A stretch of DNA of 64,000 nt from Promethearchaeota archaeon (GCA_048939995.1 JBHLOY010000002.1:369402-433401); one strand, 5' to 3'; positions 9,231-19,903 are shown, counted from the first letter of the stretch. The notes: a model not told the origin generated them from the sequence alone. Made by a program: numbers and translations.

Positions 9231-11108
9231 TCATTTTCTTTGGAGACCAGCATAAAGTAGAAAGAATCCGATAACTAGTAGGATAATAATGAAACCTGGA
9301 AAAAAAGTTGCGAGGGGAACAATATATAAAAATTCTCTAGCTACACTAATGTCACCAGCCAGTGAAATAATTCTGGGATCGGAAAAACCTAAAAAATCAA
9401 TACCGGCATCAACTATCAAAACAAAACCAATAAATAATGGAATATATGGAATTACTTTCTTCGTGATTTCAAACCCATTTAGTCGAGTTTTAGCTATTAA
9501 TAAGGAGAAGAAAGGAATTAAAAAGATCCCATATACTATAGGGAACATCAAGAATCTTGTCCATAGGATAGCTATAGTCGTTAGGATGCCGAAAAATAGA
9601 GGAATACAAAAAAATACAATCATAGAAATTTCAGTTGATAATTTAAATTTACGATTTAAGAGTCCCATTGGAATTCCACATAATAGTCCTCCGATAAAGC
9701 CAATTCCAATTGGAATTAGTACAAAAATAAATGAAGTTCGCATTCCATAAATTGTTCTTGCTAAAACATCACGACCAAATTTTGTTTGGCCAAGAGGATG
9801 CAGTGGTGAGGGGGGAGACCAAGCTCCTGGAAACACTCCATTTGCATCTTCAAGTGAATATGGAGTTAATATTTGAGGGAAAATTGAAATTAGAACTAAA
9901 AATAAAAGAATCATCGAGCTAATAATTGTTAGGGGAGATAATAATTTTTTATTAAAATAAGATAAAAAGTCTTTAAATTGTTTTTTGAGTTTATTCTTAT
10001 AATTTATATTCACAGTGTTAGTACTATTAATTTTAGATTTTAGGTTGGACGATTTTTGATTTGCTTCTTTAATGTCAGAATGTCTGGAGGTAATTTTATT
10101 TTTAAGCCGAGGTTTAAGAGCTCCATATCCAACAAATAGAAGATTAGATAACACTAAAAAAATGACAGAAATCATAGCACTTAAAAATAGTATTCCACTA
10201 TGCACCCAATAATCAGAATTCCTTATTGATTGAACGAATAATTGCCCTATTCCAGCTAAACCAAATGTGGTTTCCACCAAAATTATAAACCCAAAAAAGA
10301 GTCCAATACTTATTACTGAATTAAAAGAGTTTGGAACTATTGAACGTGTTTTAGATTTATTAAGATTTAATAAGTATATCCGAACCATTAAGGTGGTTAA
10401 GGATCCGATCCCAATAGTTAAAACTGACCATGGGAGTACCAAATGATATAAGTAATCGGGGATGAGATATAGTTGTCTAGATAACAATGAATCAATAATG
10501 CGAAAACCTGTTACAAAGGGAGGATCTGGGTATGAATATGTTTTGAAGCCTGTTGTCGGAAATATTGGCAAAAGATAACCTAGAAAGTACTGAAACAGCA
10601 TTCCAAGAAAGAATAAAGGTAACGCACATCCAATAAATGTGAGAATTTGAAATAGTTTATCGCTCCATTTATGTCTAAATTTGACAGAAAGATTTCCAAA
10701 TAATAAACCTAATGAAATGCCAATGAGGAAAGGTAAGATGAATAAATCAATTGTTCTAGGTAAAATAAGCTGAATTAAATTCCATACAGGCATACCCCGA
10801 ACGATACTAATAGAAATCCCCCAGTTCCCTGTAAACATTTTCCCAAGATATATGAAAAATTGTTCAATAAGGGGCTTATCTAATCCCAGTTGTCGATACA
10901 CTTGCATATATAAATTGGGATCAACATGACCCTCGGGTAAATATGCTAAAACGGGATCTCCGGGCAAAAACCTTGATAGCATAAATGATACGTACAGTGC
11001 AAGAAAAAATAGCACCCCCCCTATAATTAAAGTATAAATTAAGTTTAAGTAGATTTTTTTTATTCCAAATCGAGTATTATTATTACTCATAATAAAATTA
11101 AACCACAA
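9231..11108 (-). CDS. Fused ABC peptide/nickel-type permease (OppB/DppB-like half plus OppC/DppC-like half)
   Basis: The N half carries LPGDPVLAYLP and the C half carries HPLGQTKFGRDVLARTIYG. An N/K/S-rich linker joins them. It is a paralog of 12678..14534. Confidence 0.85.
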   Translation of the reverse strand: MWFNFIMSNNNTRFGIKKIYLNLIYTLIIGGVLFFLALYVSFMLSRFLPGDPVLAYLPEGHVDPNLYMQVYRQLGLDKPLIEQFFIYLGKMFTGNWGISISIVRGMPVWNLIQLILPRTIDLFILPFLIGISLGLLFGNLSVKFRHKWSDKLFQILTFIGCALPLFFLGMLFQYFLGYLLPIFPTTGFKTYSYPDPPFVTGFRIIDSLLSRQLYLIPDYLYHLVLPWSVLTIGIGSLTTLMVRIYLLNLNKSKTRSIVPNSFNSVISIGLFFGFIILVETTFGLAGIGQLFVQSIRNSDYWVHSGILFLSAMISVIFLVLSNLLFVGYGALKPRLKNKITSRHSDIKEANQKSSNLKSKINSTNTVNINYKNKLKKQFKDFLSYFNKKLLSPLTIISSMILLFLVLISIFPQILTPYSLEDANGVFPGAWSPPSPLHPLGQTKFGRDVLARTIYGMRTSFIFVLIPIGIGFIGGLLCGIPMGLLNRKFKLSTEISMIVFFCIPLFFGILTTIAILWTRFLMFPIVYGIFLIPFFSLLIAKTRLNGFEITKKVIPYIPLFIGFVLIVDAGIDFLGFSDPRIISLAGDISVAREFLYIVPLATFFPGFIIILLVIGFFLLYAGLQRK

Positions 11109-11250
11109 GTGGATTTCTAATATTTATTTAAACCAAATTAATATTTAAACATTATTTTAGGCTCAAATCAATACAGAGAAAGAAATAAAAAATATTTTAC
11201 CATTCCCATTTGGATTTATAGCCAATATATAGCAAGAATCCGAATAGAAA

Positions 11251-11290
11251 GATAATAAGAATTAAGCTTTTAAGGAAGTTTTGTCTGTAA
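11251..11290. repeat. Remnant matching the flavodoxin gene 3' end and downstream flank (partner 11783..11822)
   Basis: The string ataagaattaagcttttaagg(a/g)agttttgt is shared by both sites. Confidence 0.55.
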
Positions 11291-11453
11291 ATTTACTTTG
11301 CTATAAGTTTTTAGGTAAAGTTCATATTAGAGAAAGAGAAAAAAGCTTTTATACTCATATTAAATAACATAATAATTAATATATTAACTTTTATGTGAAA
11401 TTCTACTAACAACCAAGTGTTGAATGAAATTTTTGAATGGAAAGGTAATCTAA

Positions 11454-11702
11454 TTGATGGAAAAAATTGAAAAATGTTTAATTTGTGGGAAGGAATTTAA
11501 TATTAACCAGGGAGGACGAGAAGTAAAGGATGATAGTATTTGGTTTCAAAATATGCAGAGCCATATAGAAGAACAAACACAACGGGAAAAGGAAAAGAGA
11601 AAGAAGCTTAATAGAAGGATTAATATTAGTTCTCTTGTAGAGTTGGCTATTGGATTAATAATAGTAATAATAATTATATTTGTAATAATAGTTCTTATTT
11701 GA
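11454..11702 (+). CDS. Small zinc-ribbon-like protein with C-terminal TM helix
   Basis: Contains CLICGKEF, a basic middle region and a hydrophobic tail. Weak call. Confidence 0.35.
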   Translation: MMEKIEKCLICGKEFNINQGGREVKDDSIWFQNMQSHIEEQTQREKEKRKKLNRRINISSLVELAIGLIIVIIIIFVIIVLI

Positions 11703-11798
11703 TCACTTGAATTGAATCATATTTTCAGGGTTTTGTTTATAAATGAGGTATGAGTTTTTAGGTAATAAAAATTAAGGAAAAAAATAAGAATTAAGCTT

Positions 11799-12284
11799 TT
11801 AAGGGAGTTTTGTTCCTAATTTGATGCCGAATTCTTTGCATTTTGGAAGGTCTTCTTCTGCTATTGGACCTTTCATACCCTTAACTCTGATAGAGAGTCC
11901 TGGGCTTGCTTTTGTTAAATGTGGCATTTTTTCACTGATCTGATTCTCAATTTTATCCACCATTTTCGTATAGGAGCATACTCCCTCTTCTGTATTTTCA
12001 GACTCATCTCCCATATAAGTGTCAAATATAGCATAAGTTTTTGCCTTTAATTGAGCTTTTGGGAGTTTATTGATAAATTTCTTTATCGATCCTACGTGGC
12101 TTCCAAAATGGACTGGAGATCCTATTAAAAGTAAGTCATAGGAATCAAGGTTTTTAAGTTTTATATCTTTAACATTTTTAATAACAACTTCATTATTATC
12201 AACAGAAGTAATTCCTTCTGCAATTAATTTGGCTACTTGTTCTGTATTTCCATATTTTGAATAATAAGCTATGAAAGCTCTCAT
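11799..12284 (-). CDS. Flavodoxin
   Basis: FMN-binding N-terminus MRAFIAYYSKYGNTEQVA, with an LLIGSPVHFG loop. Confidence 0.85.
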   Translation of the reverse strand: MRAFIAYYSKYGNTEQVAKLIAEGITSVDNNEVVIKNVKDIKLKNLDSYDLLLIGSPVHFGSHVGSIKKFINKLPKAQLKAKTYAIFDTYMGDESENTEEGVCSYTKMVDKIENQISEKMPHLTKASPGLSIRVKGMKGPIAEEDLPKCKEFGIKLGTKLP

Positions 12285-12677
12285 TTTGTTATACCTCTTT
12301 TAATCATATTATTGAGATTCAATATTCCTAATTAACCCTTATAATTAAACTTTTCCAGTAAATTATTTTATTATTATTACTCCTTTAAAGAAAGTGAAAT
12401 AAATGAAGTTCTAATGAGTCTATCTGATGGTGTATTAAGATCTGTCCCATAGGTCACTATAGTTAATCTCAAGGGGAAGTCTATACTGCTTTTTTAGTGA
12501 ATAGTTTATCAAAAAAATTATCGATATTGGACAAATTGTAATAGAAAGTTATTCTTTCTTCATCACCAAATCATTATTTATTATTGATTTAGTTAAGATC
12601 GAGAAAATTTTACCCAATAAATAATTTTCTTAAATAATCTACAAACTAGATTAATGAAAAAATAGAAAAAATATAAT

Positions 12678-14534
12678 TTAATTTTCCAGGACTGATTTTC
12701 GTAGACCAAGATATAGGAAGAAGAATCCTAAGACTAATAAGATTGTAAAGAGACCCGGAAAAAAAGATGCCCAAGGAGCCACATATAGAAATGTTCTTGC
12801 GACACTCATATCATAGCCAAGTGAAATCATTGTGGGATTAGAAAAACCTAGAAAGCCTAAACCTAATTGGATTAATATAACAAAACCAACAAATAAAGGA
12901 ATGTAGGGAATAACTTTTTTCATTATATCAAATCCATTTAATCGAGTTTTAGCTATTATTAGAGTAAAAAATGGAATCAATAATAATCCAAGCCCTGTCA
13001 TAGGTATAGGAATAATCATTCCTACAATTGAACTAACGATTAATAAACCAATAATCATAGGATAGATAAAAAAGATAATCATAGATATTTCAACTGACAT
13101 TTTAAATCGTCGATTTAATAGACTCATAGGGATTCCAATTAGTAAGCCTCCTAATAACCCAATTCCAATAGGAATTAGGGAAGTTAGTAATGAACTTTGA
13201 ATACCATATACAATCCTAGCGTACACATCGCGACCAAATTGCGTTGTACCTAGAGGATGTAGTGGTGATGGTGCGTTCCATGGATCAGCGTATATTCCAA
13301 TTGCATCTTCAAATGTATATGGAGTTAATATTTGAGGGAATATTGAAATCAGAAGGAAGAAAATAACAAACACTGAACCAATTATGGTTGACGGTGAGAT
13401 CAACTTCTTATAGAAATAGTGTGAGAATGTTCTAAATGAACTCTTTGTCGTATTATTTTGTCTTTTGTGTTCTTGATTAATACTTTTTTCATTATTCTCC
13501 GTAGATCCTTCTTCCTTACTTTCATTATTTGGATTTCCAAATTTTTTTTTCCCAATGTGAGGTCTGATAACTCCAAATACTATATATAGAAGATTAACAA
13601 ACACAATTAGGATAATGAAAGTAATAGGGATCAAAAACATTACTGCGTTAATTACCCAATAATCAGCATACATTAATCCTTCGATTGCTAGCTCAGTAAA
13701 TCCATGTAGATTAAAAATAGTTTCGATAAATATCAGGTTAGCAAAAATTATCCCAAAAGAGATAGCAATGTTAAAAGAATTTGGAACTATTGAGCGCCTT
13801 CTAGACTTATTTTTCAAGTATATTCGAGTTAGTAATGTGACTAATGAACCAATCCCAATTGTTAAAATAGACCACGGTTGGACAAAATGATATAGATAGT
13901 CTGGTATATAATATAACTCTCCTGATAGAAGTGAATCAATAATTCGAAATCCAGTAACAAAAGAGGGATCGCCATATGAAAAGGTTTTATATCCAGTAGT
14001 GGGAAATAATGGAATTAAATAGCCAAGAAAGTATTGAAATAACATTCCAAGTAAAAACACAGGAATGGCACATCCTATAAGAGCAAGAGTTTGAAAACTT
14101 CTATCTAGCCATTTATTCTTCAGTTTAACTCCAAGATTTCCAAATAAAAGCCCTAAAGTAGTCCCAACTAACAAAGGTAGCAAGAGAAGATCAATTGTTC
14201 TTGGCAGATTTGTTTTAATCATAAAAGAAACATCCGCACCATGAGCAATAGATAAAGAAATTCCCCAGTTTCCAGTAAACATTCTAAAAAGGTACATAAT
14301 GAATTGTTCATAAAGAGGTCTATCAAATCCTAATTGGTGATACATTTGATCATATTCTGCAGGTGTAAATGGAGTAGGAAGATACGCTAGTACAGGATCT
14401 CCGGGTAAAAATCTTGAAATTAGAAACGAGAGCACTAATACTAGAAAATACAGTACTAATCCGATAGTGAAAGTGTAAATTAGGTTTAGGTAAACTTTTG
14501 GTATCTTGGCATAAGTTCTATTAATATCTTGCAT
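12678..14534 (-). CDS. Fused ABC peptide/nickel-type permease (OppB-like plus OppC-like), paralog of 9231..11108
   Basis: Carries LPGDPVLAYLP and HPLGTTQFGRDVYARIVYG, and is colinear with 9231..11108 over its full length. Confidence 0.85.
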   Translation of the reverse strand: MQDINRTYAKIPKVYLNLIYTFTIGLVLYFLVLVLSFLISRFLPGDPVLAYLPTPFTPAEYDQMYHQLGFDRPLYEQFIMYLFRMFTGNWGISLSIAHGADVSFMIKTNLPRTIDLLLLPLLVGTTLGLLFGNLGVKLKNKWLDRSFQTLALIGCAIPVFLLGMLFQYFLGYLIPLFPTTGYKTFSYGDPSFVTGFRIIDSLLSGELYYIPDYLYHFVQPWSILTIGIGSLVTLLTRIYLKNKSRRRSIVPNSFNIAISFGIIFANLIFIETIFNLHGFTELAIEGLMYADYWVINAVMFLIPITFIILIVFVNLLYIVFGVIRPHIGKKKFGNPNNESKEEGSTENNEKSINQEHKRQNNTTKSSFRTFSHYFYKKLISPSTIIGSVFVIFFLLISIFPQILTPYTFEDAIGIYADPWNAPSPLHPLGTTQFGRDVYARIVYGIQSSLLTSLIPIGIGLLGGLLIGIPMSLLNRRFKMSVEISMIIFFIYPMIIGLLIVSSIVGMIIPIPMTGLGLLLIPFFTLIIAKTRLNGFDIMKKVIPYIPLFVGFVILIQLGLGFLGFSNPTMISLGYDMSVARTFLYVAPWASFFPGLFTILLVLGFFFLYLGLRKSVLEN

Positions 14535-14669
14535 GATATATTTAAACTATAATTATTTTTGGATTTTCTTAATATTATAAGTATGAAGATAGGATATATA
14601 AAAGTTTTTGTAATTCACAGAATATTTCTTTAAATAGTAAATGAATCCATTTATCAATTTAAGACTATT

Positions 14670-15466
14670 TTGGTGAATTTAATGGATGATAAAGAAGTTG
14701 CCAAATACTGGGATGAAAATGCTAATAATTGGACTAAATTAGCACGGATGGGTTATGATATTTATCGAAATTATGTGAATACTCCTGAATTTTTTAAAAT
14801 CCTACCAAATATTTCTGGAAAAAAAGGCATCGATATTGGTTGTGGAGAAGGATATAACACTCGAATTGCGAGTAATCGGGGTGCTCGAATGGTAGGTATA
14901 GATATTTCCAAAATATTTATCGAAAAAGCAATTGAGGAGGAAAAGAAACATCCTCTCGGTATTGAATATAAGGTGGCAAGTGCTTCAGACTTACCCTTTG
15001 ATAATAATGAATTTTGTTTCGTAATATCTACCATGACGTTTATGGATTTATCCCAATTAGATAAAGCGTTAAAAAGGTGTACAGGATTATGAAAGATGAG
15101 GGCTTTTTTCAATTTTCTATTCTTCATCCATGTTATTCTACACCAATCAGAGAATGGATGAAAGATAACGAAGGCAATAAAAAGGGCTTAATGTGCGGAG
15201 ATTATTTCAATGAATTAGAAGTTAGTATTGAGGAATGGATTTTTAGTGCTGCTCCAATAGATTTAGTAAAAGATATGAACAAATTTAGAGTTCCTAGATT
15301 CCATAGAACGCTAAGTACATGGTTTAATACTCTAATTGATATTGGATTTAAGTTAGAAAAACTACATGAGCCTCAAGCACATAAAGAAGCGCTTGAAAAG
15401 GATCCACATCTAATTGATTGTAATATTGTAGCAAATTTCCTTATAATAAGATGTCGTAAGCTATAA
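14670..15466 (+). pseudogene. Class I SAM-dependent methyltransferase split by a frameshift in an A5 run (15071..15075)
   Basis: Motif I is GIDIGCGEGY. ORFs 14670..15092 and 15077..15466 overlap in different frames. One extra A would give ..LDKALKKVYRIMKDEGFFQFSILHP. Confidence 0.75.
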
Positions 15467-15666
15467 TTTGTTGCTTGAGAATGCAAATCATCAAGAACAA
15501 GTAATTTTATAAAGTTGGAAACCTTGCTACATAGTTTCCGATAAGCAATTAAAAATTGAACCAAAAAATAAAGAATAAATAAATTTTTATATCTTTTATA
15601 GCATAATTATTCTAATTAAGAATATTAATTTAAAAATAAACAAAAATTTTTAATAGTTGAAATAAA

Positions 15667-16161
15667 ATGAAATCTGGAAGGCTTTTAACATTATTAGCTG
15701 GAATAATCACTATTCTCGGTACTTATGTTTTTGCAATCTTTGGAGGGAGTGGTATTGTTGGTTCCGGTATTGGATTTATAACTAATTTACCTGATTTATT
15801 TGGGAATACTACTGTAATAGCAGGTTTTCTTGGGTGGGAGGTTTGGGTTGTATATATTGTTTTAGTCCTTTTCATAATATTTCTTGCTGCGGGAGTGTTA
15901 CAAATAGTTGGGATGGCAAATCGAGTAGTAAGTTTCATATTTTCGCTTTTCCCTATAGCCGTCGGACTTATGATTATTTTACTTGCTTATACAGACATTC
16001 TAGGCACAGCCTCTGCTTTCTTTACATTTTTCTTTTTACATACACAAATAGCTGATATCTTTCCATTTCTCATTCCCATCGACATTTTAGCTTTAGGCGC
16101 TTACTTAATGTTGGCGGGAGGAGTTTTAGGATTCATCAGTGCCTTTCTACCGAGAGATTAA
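15667..16161 (+). CDS. Integral membrane protein, unknown function
   Basis: 164 aa with about 5 TM helices. Confidence 0.5.
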   Translation: MKSGRLLTLLAGIITILGTYVFAIFGGSGIVGSGIGFITNLPDLFGNTTVIAGFLGWEVWVVYIVLVLFIIFLAAGVLQIVGMANRVVSFIFSLFPIAVGLMIILLAYTDILGTASAFFTFFFLHTQIADIFPFLIPIDILALGAYLMLAGGVLGFISAFLPRD

Positions 16162-16182
16162 ATAAAATTAGAATTAAATTTC

Positions 16183-16192
16183 TTTTTTTTTT
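16183..16192 (+). terminator. T10 run downstream of 15667..16161
   Basis: Oligo-T tract about 20 nt after the stop codon. Confidence 0.35.
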
Positions 16193-16198
16193 CAATTT

Positions 16199-16855
16199 TT
16201 ATTCGAGGGTTTTAAGATCCTCTGGACTATTAACATTTTTAAAAGATACTAAATTTAAGTCAAATTTCTTAATAGATTCTTCAATTGAAATATATTTTAT
16301 CTGCCAATAATCCCTGAGTAGATTAACTAGCTTAAATTTTTTTTTTTTTAAGTTATTACGAGAGGATACATATGCCTTTTCAATGGGATAAATAGCAAGT
16401 AATGGCTCCAAAAAGCCACTTTCCCATCTTGGGATACAACAATCATAATTCTGACATTCTTTTATCATATAAGCAATAACCTCATATTTAATAAGTGGAT
16501 TATCACATGATAAGGCAAAAGCTTTTTGATAACCAAGAACCTTTAATTCCTTAAATGCAGAGTATAATCCAAGCATAGCTCCCCGCATCTTCTGGTCTAA
16601 AATAATATTGTCATCTATAATAAATGCCATAATCTTATCGAAATTTATCTTATTCAAGCAATTTTGAACCTGATTTTTAGAATTGGCTACTAAAAAAATG
16701 TCATAAGGAAATTGGGATAATACATCTAATTGATGTTCAATTAGCGCTTTTCCTTTAAACTTGAAAAAGCATTTATCTGTACCAAAACGATAACTCCTTC
16801 CTCCTATTAAAATAATGAAGGCAAGATTTTTATTTTTGACCTTAATTTTTAACAA
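16199..16855 (-). CDS. MobA-like nucleotidyltransferase (molybdenum cofactor guanylyl/cytidylyltransferase family)
   Basis: N-terminal ILIGGRSYRFGTDK, matching the GGxSxRxGxDK signature. Confidence 0.65.
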   Translation of the reverse strand: MLKIKVKNKNLAFIILIGGRSYRFGTDKCFFKFKGKALIEHQLDVLSQFPYDIFLVANSKNQVQNCLNKINFDKIMAFIIDDNIILDQKMRGAMLGLYSAFKELKVLGYQKAFALSCDNPLIKYEVIAYMIKECQNYDCCIPRWESGFLEPLLAIYPIEKAYVSSRNNLKKKKFKLVNLLRDYWQIKYISIEESIKKFDLNLVSFKNVNSPEDLKTLE

Positions 16856-16971
16856 CTAAAATTGTAAATTATATATATTCTATTAAACTAATAATTAAAA
16901 ATTATTATTCATTTAAATTAATTGTATTTATAGTAGAAAATGTAAGGCTCCTTTTCAAGATATGCTAAATT

Positions 16972-18501
16972 ATGAGATTAAATTATAAAAATACCTCTCT
17001 TGGAGAGAAATTGAAAGAAAATTGTGCTGTTTTTGGAGCGACTTGTGATGATATTGGATATTCAGTTTCAAATTTGATATATACTGGCCTTATTGCTCAA
17101 CAACATAGAGGCCAGGAATCGGCTGGTATTTCTATTTTAAAGACAGGTGGAAAAATATACACATATAAAAAAAAAGGTTTAGTATCCAGTGTATTAAATA
17201 ATAAAATATTATCTAAGTTCTGGGGAAACGTTGGGATAGGACATACAAGATATGCAACCACAGGAGCACAAGAATATAGTTCGCAAGATTATATGCAACC
17301 ATATCATCTTAAGAACAATGAAATTGAATTCTCTATGGCATTTAATGGAACTATACCTAACTATTCAGATCTCCAAAAAAGAATGGAAGAAATGGGAAGA
17401 ATTTTTATTACAAACACAGATACCGAAATTGCTGCCCAATTTATAGCTTCATTAGCTTTAGGAACGGAAGATTGGCCAGAAATCTTAAAGATTGCAAGTA
17501 GATTTTTTGACGGTTCATATTCTCTAATTCTATTATCACCAGAAGGTGATATCTATGCAATGCGTGATCCATTAGGGTTTAAACCTTTATGTATTGGGGA
17601 AATGAAAACTGAGAAAAGAAATATATATTTCGTAGCTTCTGAATCGTGTGCTATTGATGCAGTTGGTGGAAAGTTTATAAGAGACGTCATTCCCGGAGAA
17701 ATTGTACATTTGAGTCATCAAAAAGATATCCACTCAGAAGCAATATTAAAAAAAGAGAGAACAGCCATATGTCAATTTGAATTTGTATATTTTGCCCGCC
17801 CAGATTCAATTATTGATGGAGTATCTGTTGCTGAAGCAAGATTAAGATTAGGAATGAATTTAGCTAGAAGAGATACCCTTTTGAAGAATCCTGAATTTAG
17901 GAAGAATGCTATAGTTGTTCCAGTCCCCGATTCTGGTCGCAGCGTTGCAGTAGGATATGCAAAAGAATCAGGGTTAACCTATGTAGAAGGTTTGATGAAG
18001 AATCGATACATCCATAGAACTTTTATTTTACCTGGTCAACAAAAAAGGAAAATCGCAGTGAAAGATAAATTAAATCCCATTCGAAGTATCGTGGAAGGTA
18101 AAGAGGTAATTCTTTTAGATGATTCAATAGTTCGAGGTACCACAACGCAACAAATTGTATCTTTACTAAAAAATATTGGCAAAGCAAAAGCAGTGCATTT
18201 ACGGATAAGTTGTCCTCCTATAATAAGTCCATGCTACATGGGAATAGACTTTCCAACAAAAGAAGAGTTGATTGCGGGTAAGTTTCAAATGGTATATAAA
18301 GAAAATTATATTGAAGAGATAGAGAAGCAGATTGGTGCTGATTCACTTCTGTATCAAACTATAAACGATCTATCAGATGCCTTACATAAAACTGAAAATC
18401 AATTATGCATGGCGTGTTTAACTGGTAACTATCCATTAAAGTCTGTGGAAAAATTAGTCGAATTAGAAATGTCTATTTCAACGGAAAGAGCTAAAAAGTA
18501 A
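16972..18501 (+). CDS. purF: Amidophosphoribosyltransferase
   Basis: A propeptide is followed by CAVFG (Ntn nucleophile Cys). It has a PRTase loop (VILLDDSIVRGTT) and Fe-S Cys ligands (CQFE, CPPIISPC). Confidence 0.9.
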   Translation: MRLNYKNTSLGEKLKENCAVFGATCDDIGYSVSNLIYTGLIAQQHRGQESAGISILKTGGKIYTYKKKGLVSSVLNNKILSKFWGNVGIGHTRYATTGAQEYSSQDYMQPYHLKNNEIEFSMAFNGTIPNYSDLQKRMEEMGRIFITNTDTEIAAQFIASLALGTEDWPEILKIASRFFDGSYSLILLSPEGDIYAMRDPLGFKPLCIGEMKTEKRNIYFVASESCAIDAVGGKFIRDVIPGEIVHLSHQKDIHSEAILKKERTAICQFEFVYFARPDSIIDGVSVAEARLRLGMNLARRDTLLKNPEFRKNAIVVPVPDSGRSVAVGYAKESGLTYVEGLMKNRYIHRTFILPGQQKRKIAVKDKLNPIRSIVEGKEVILLDDSIVRGTTTQQIVSLLKNIGKAKAVHLRISCPPIISPCYMGIDFPTKEELIAGKFQMVYKENYIEEIEKQIGADSLLYQTINDLSDALHKTENQLCMACLTGNYPLKSVEKLVELEMSISTERAKK

Positions 18502-18505
18502 TGAT

Positions 18506-19903
18506 TTATTCTACTCCATCCCAACAATAAGTGCATAACTTTTCCTTTGGCAAACCGATTGCTTTAACTAAATTTTCTAGCTTTTGGTATTTTAATGTCG
18601 TTAAATGTAGCTTTTTTCTGATTACATCAACCATAGCAATATAATTTGCTGAACTTGGGTCAACATAATCTGTTGGGTTCTCAATATCTTGTCCCGTTAA
18701 TTCCTTTATGGCCCAGCGACCTGCTAAGTCTAATTCAGAACGGGATCGAGAAAAATTAAGAAATTTACACCCAAAAATTAAGGGTGGACAAGCAGGTCTC
18801 ATGTGAACTTCCATAGCTCCCGCCCGAAATAGTCTCTTTATGGTTTTTCTAAGTTGAGTGCCTCGAACGATAGAATCTTCACAGAAGAGTAGCCTCTTAT
18901 CTTCAATATGTTCTTTGATTGGAATGAGTTTCATCTTAGCAACTAAATCTCTAATGGATTGATCTTGCGGCATAAAACTTCTCGGCCAAGTAGGAGTGTA
19001 TTTAACAAAGGGACGTAAGAAAGGAACTTTTGCTTCATTTGCATATCCTAGTCCGTGAGCTGTACCAGAATCTGGAATACCTGCAACTAGATCAATTGCA
19101 ATTTCATCGTTTTTTGCTAAATAAGAGCCACATCTATGGCGGACGACTTCTACATTAATCCCTTCATAGTTTGATGCAGGAAATCCATAATATACCCATA
19201 AAAATGCACAAATTTGTAATTGATCACCTGGGGTAATCTTTTGATCGATTCGACTTTCATTTAAGAAAACTACCTCGCCTGGTCCAAGATATTTTGTTAT
19301 TTCATATCCTAGATTTGGGAATGCACATGTTTCCATTGTAACAGCATAAGATCCAGGTTTTTGACCAATAATGAGGGGCGTTCTACCAAATTTATCTCGA
19401 GCTGCATAGAGGCCTTTATCTGCTAATATAAGTATTGTGCAAGAACCGTCAATTTTGTTCTGAAGCCTTTGAATTCCTTCTTCAAATGTACTTTCTTGAC
19501 TGATAATTGTTGCAACCATCTCTGTAGGATTTATTTCTCCACCATGCATTTCAGAAAAATGGGTACCGTTCTTAAGTGCTTCCTTTGCTAGATCTTCTAA
19601 ATTATTTATTCTTCCAACTGTAGCAATAGCAAATACACCTAAATGAGAACTAATAATCAAAGGTTGATCATCGTAATCGCTAATTACGGCAATTCCCAAA
19701 TTTCCATGCATTTTCTTTAGATCTTTCTCGAACTTAGATCTAAACTGGGTATTCGTAATATCCTTTATGAATCTTTGAAAACCACCAGTATTTTTGACAG
19801 CTAAACCACCTCTTCTAGTTCCTAAATGAGAATGATAGTCAGCCCCATAAAAAAGATCTTCAAGACAATCTCTTTTCGAAACTACTCCAAATAAGCCTCC
19901 CAT
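18506..19903 (-). CDS. Amidophosphoribosyltransferase-like paralog lacking the N-terminal nucleophile Cys
   Basis: Starts MGGLFGV where MCG is expected. It keeps the PRTase loop (LLFCEDSIVRGTQ) and Cys ligands (CAFLWV, CPPLIFGC). Confidence 0.8.
   Translation of the reverse strand: MGGLFGVVSKRDCLEDLFYGADYHSHLGTRRGGLAVKNTGGFQRFIKDITNTQFRSKFEKDLKKMHGNLGIAVISDYDDQPLIISSHLGVFAIATVGRINNLEDLAKEALKNGTHFSEMHGGEINPTEMVATIISQESTFEEGIQRLQNKIDGSCTILILADKGLYAARDKFGRTPLIIGQKPGSYAVTMETCAFPNLGYEITKYLGPGEVVFLNESRIDQKITPGDQLQICAFLWVYYGFPASNYEGINVEVVRHRCGSYLAKNDEIAIDLVAGIPDSGTAHGLGYANEAKVPFLRPFVKYTPTWPRSFMPQDQSIRDLVAKMKLIPIKEHIEDKRLLFCEDSIVRGTQLRKTIKRLFRAGAMEVHMRPACPPLIFGCKFLNFSRSRSELDLAGRWAIKELTGQDIENPTDYVDPSSANYIAMVDVIRKKLHLTTLKYQKLENLVKAIGLPKEKLCTYCWDGVE

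Noticed and set aside
9289-9750. 153-aa plus-strand ORF, and similar track ORFs at 20691..20993, 23293..23595, 36447..36780, 25526..25781, 35085..35333, 55702..56274 and 63644..63907
   Set aside because: All lie antisense to, or out of frame within, long motif-supported genes and have biased low-complexity compositions. I treated them as shadow ORFs.
12301-12677. 377-bp ORF-free spacer examined for tRNA, C/D-box sRNA or other ncRNA
   Set aside because: I found no cloverleaf-compatible GC-rich segment and no C (RUGAUGA) / D (CUGA) box pair at appropriate spacing. It is AT-rich with no evident structure.
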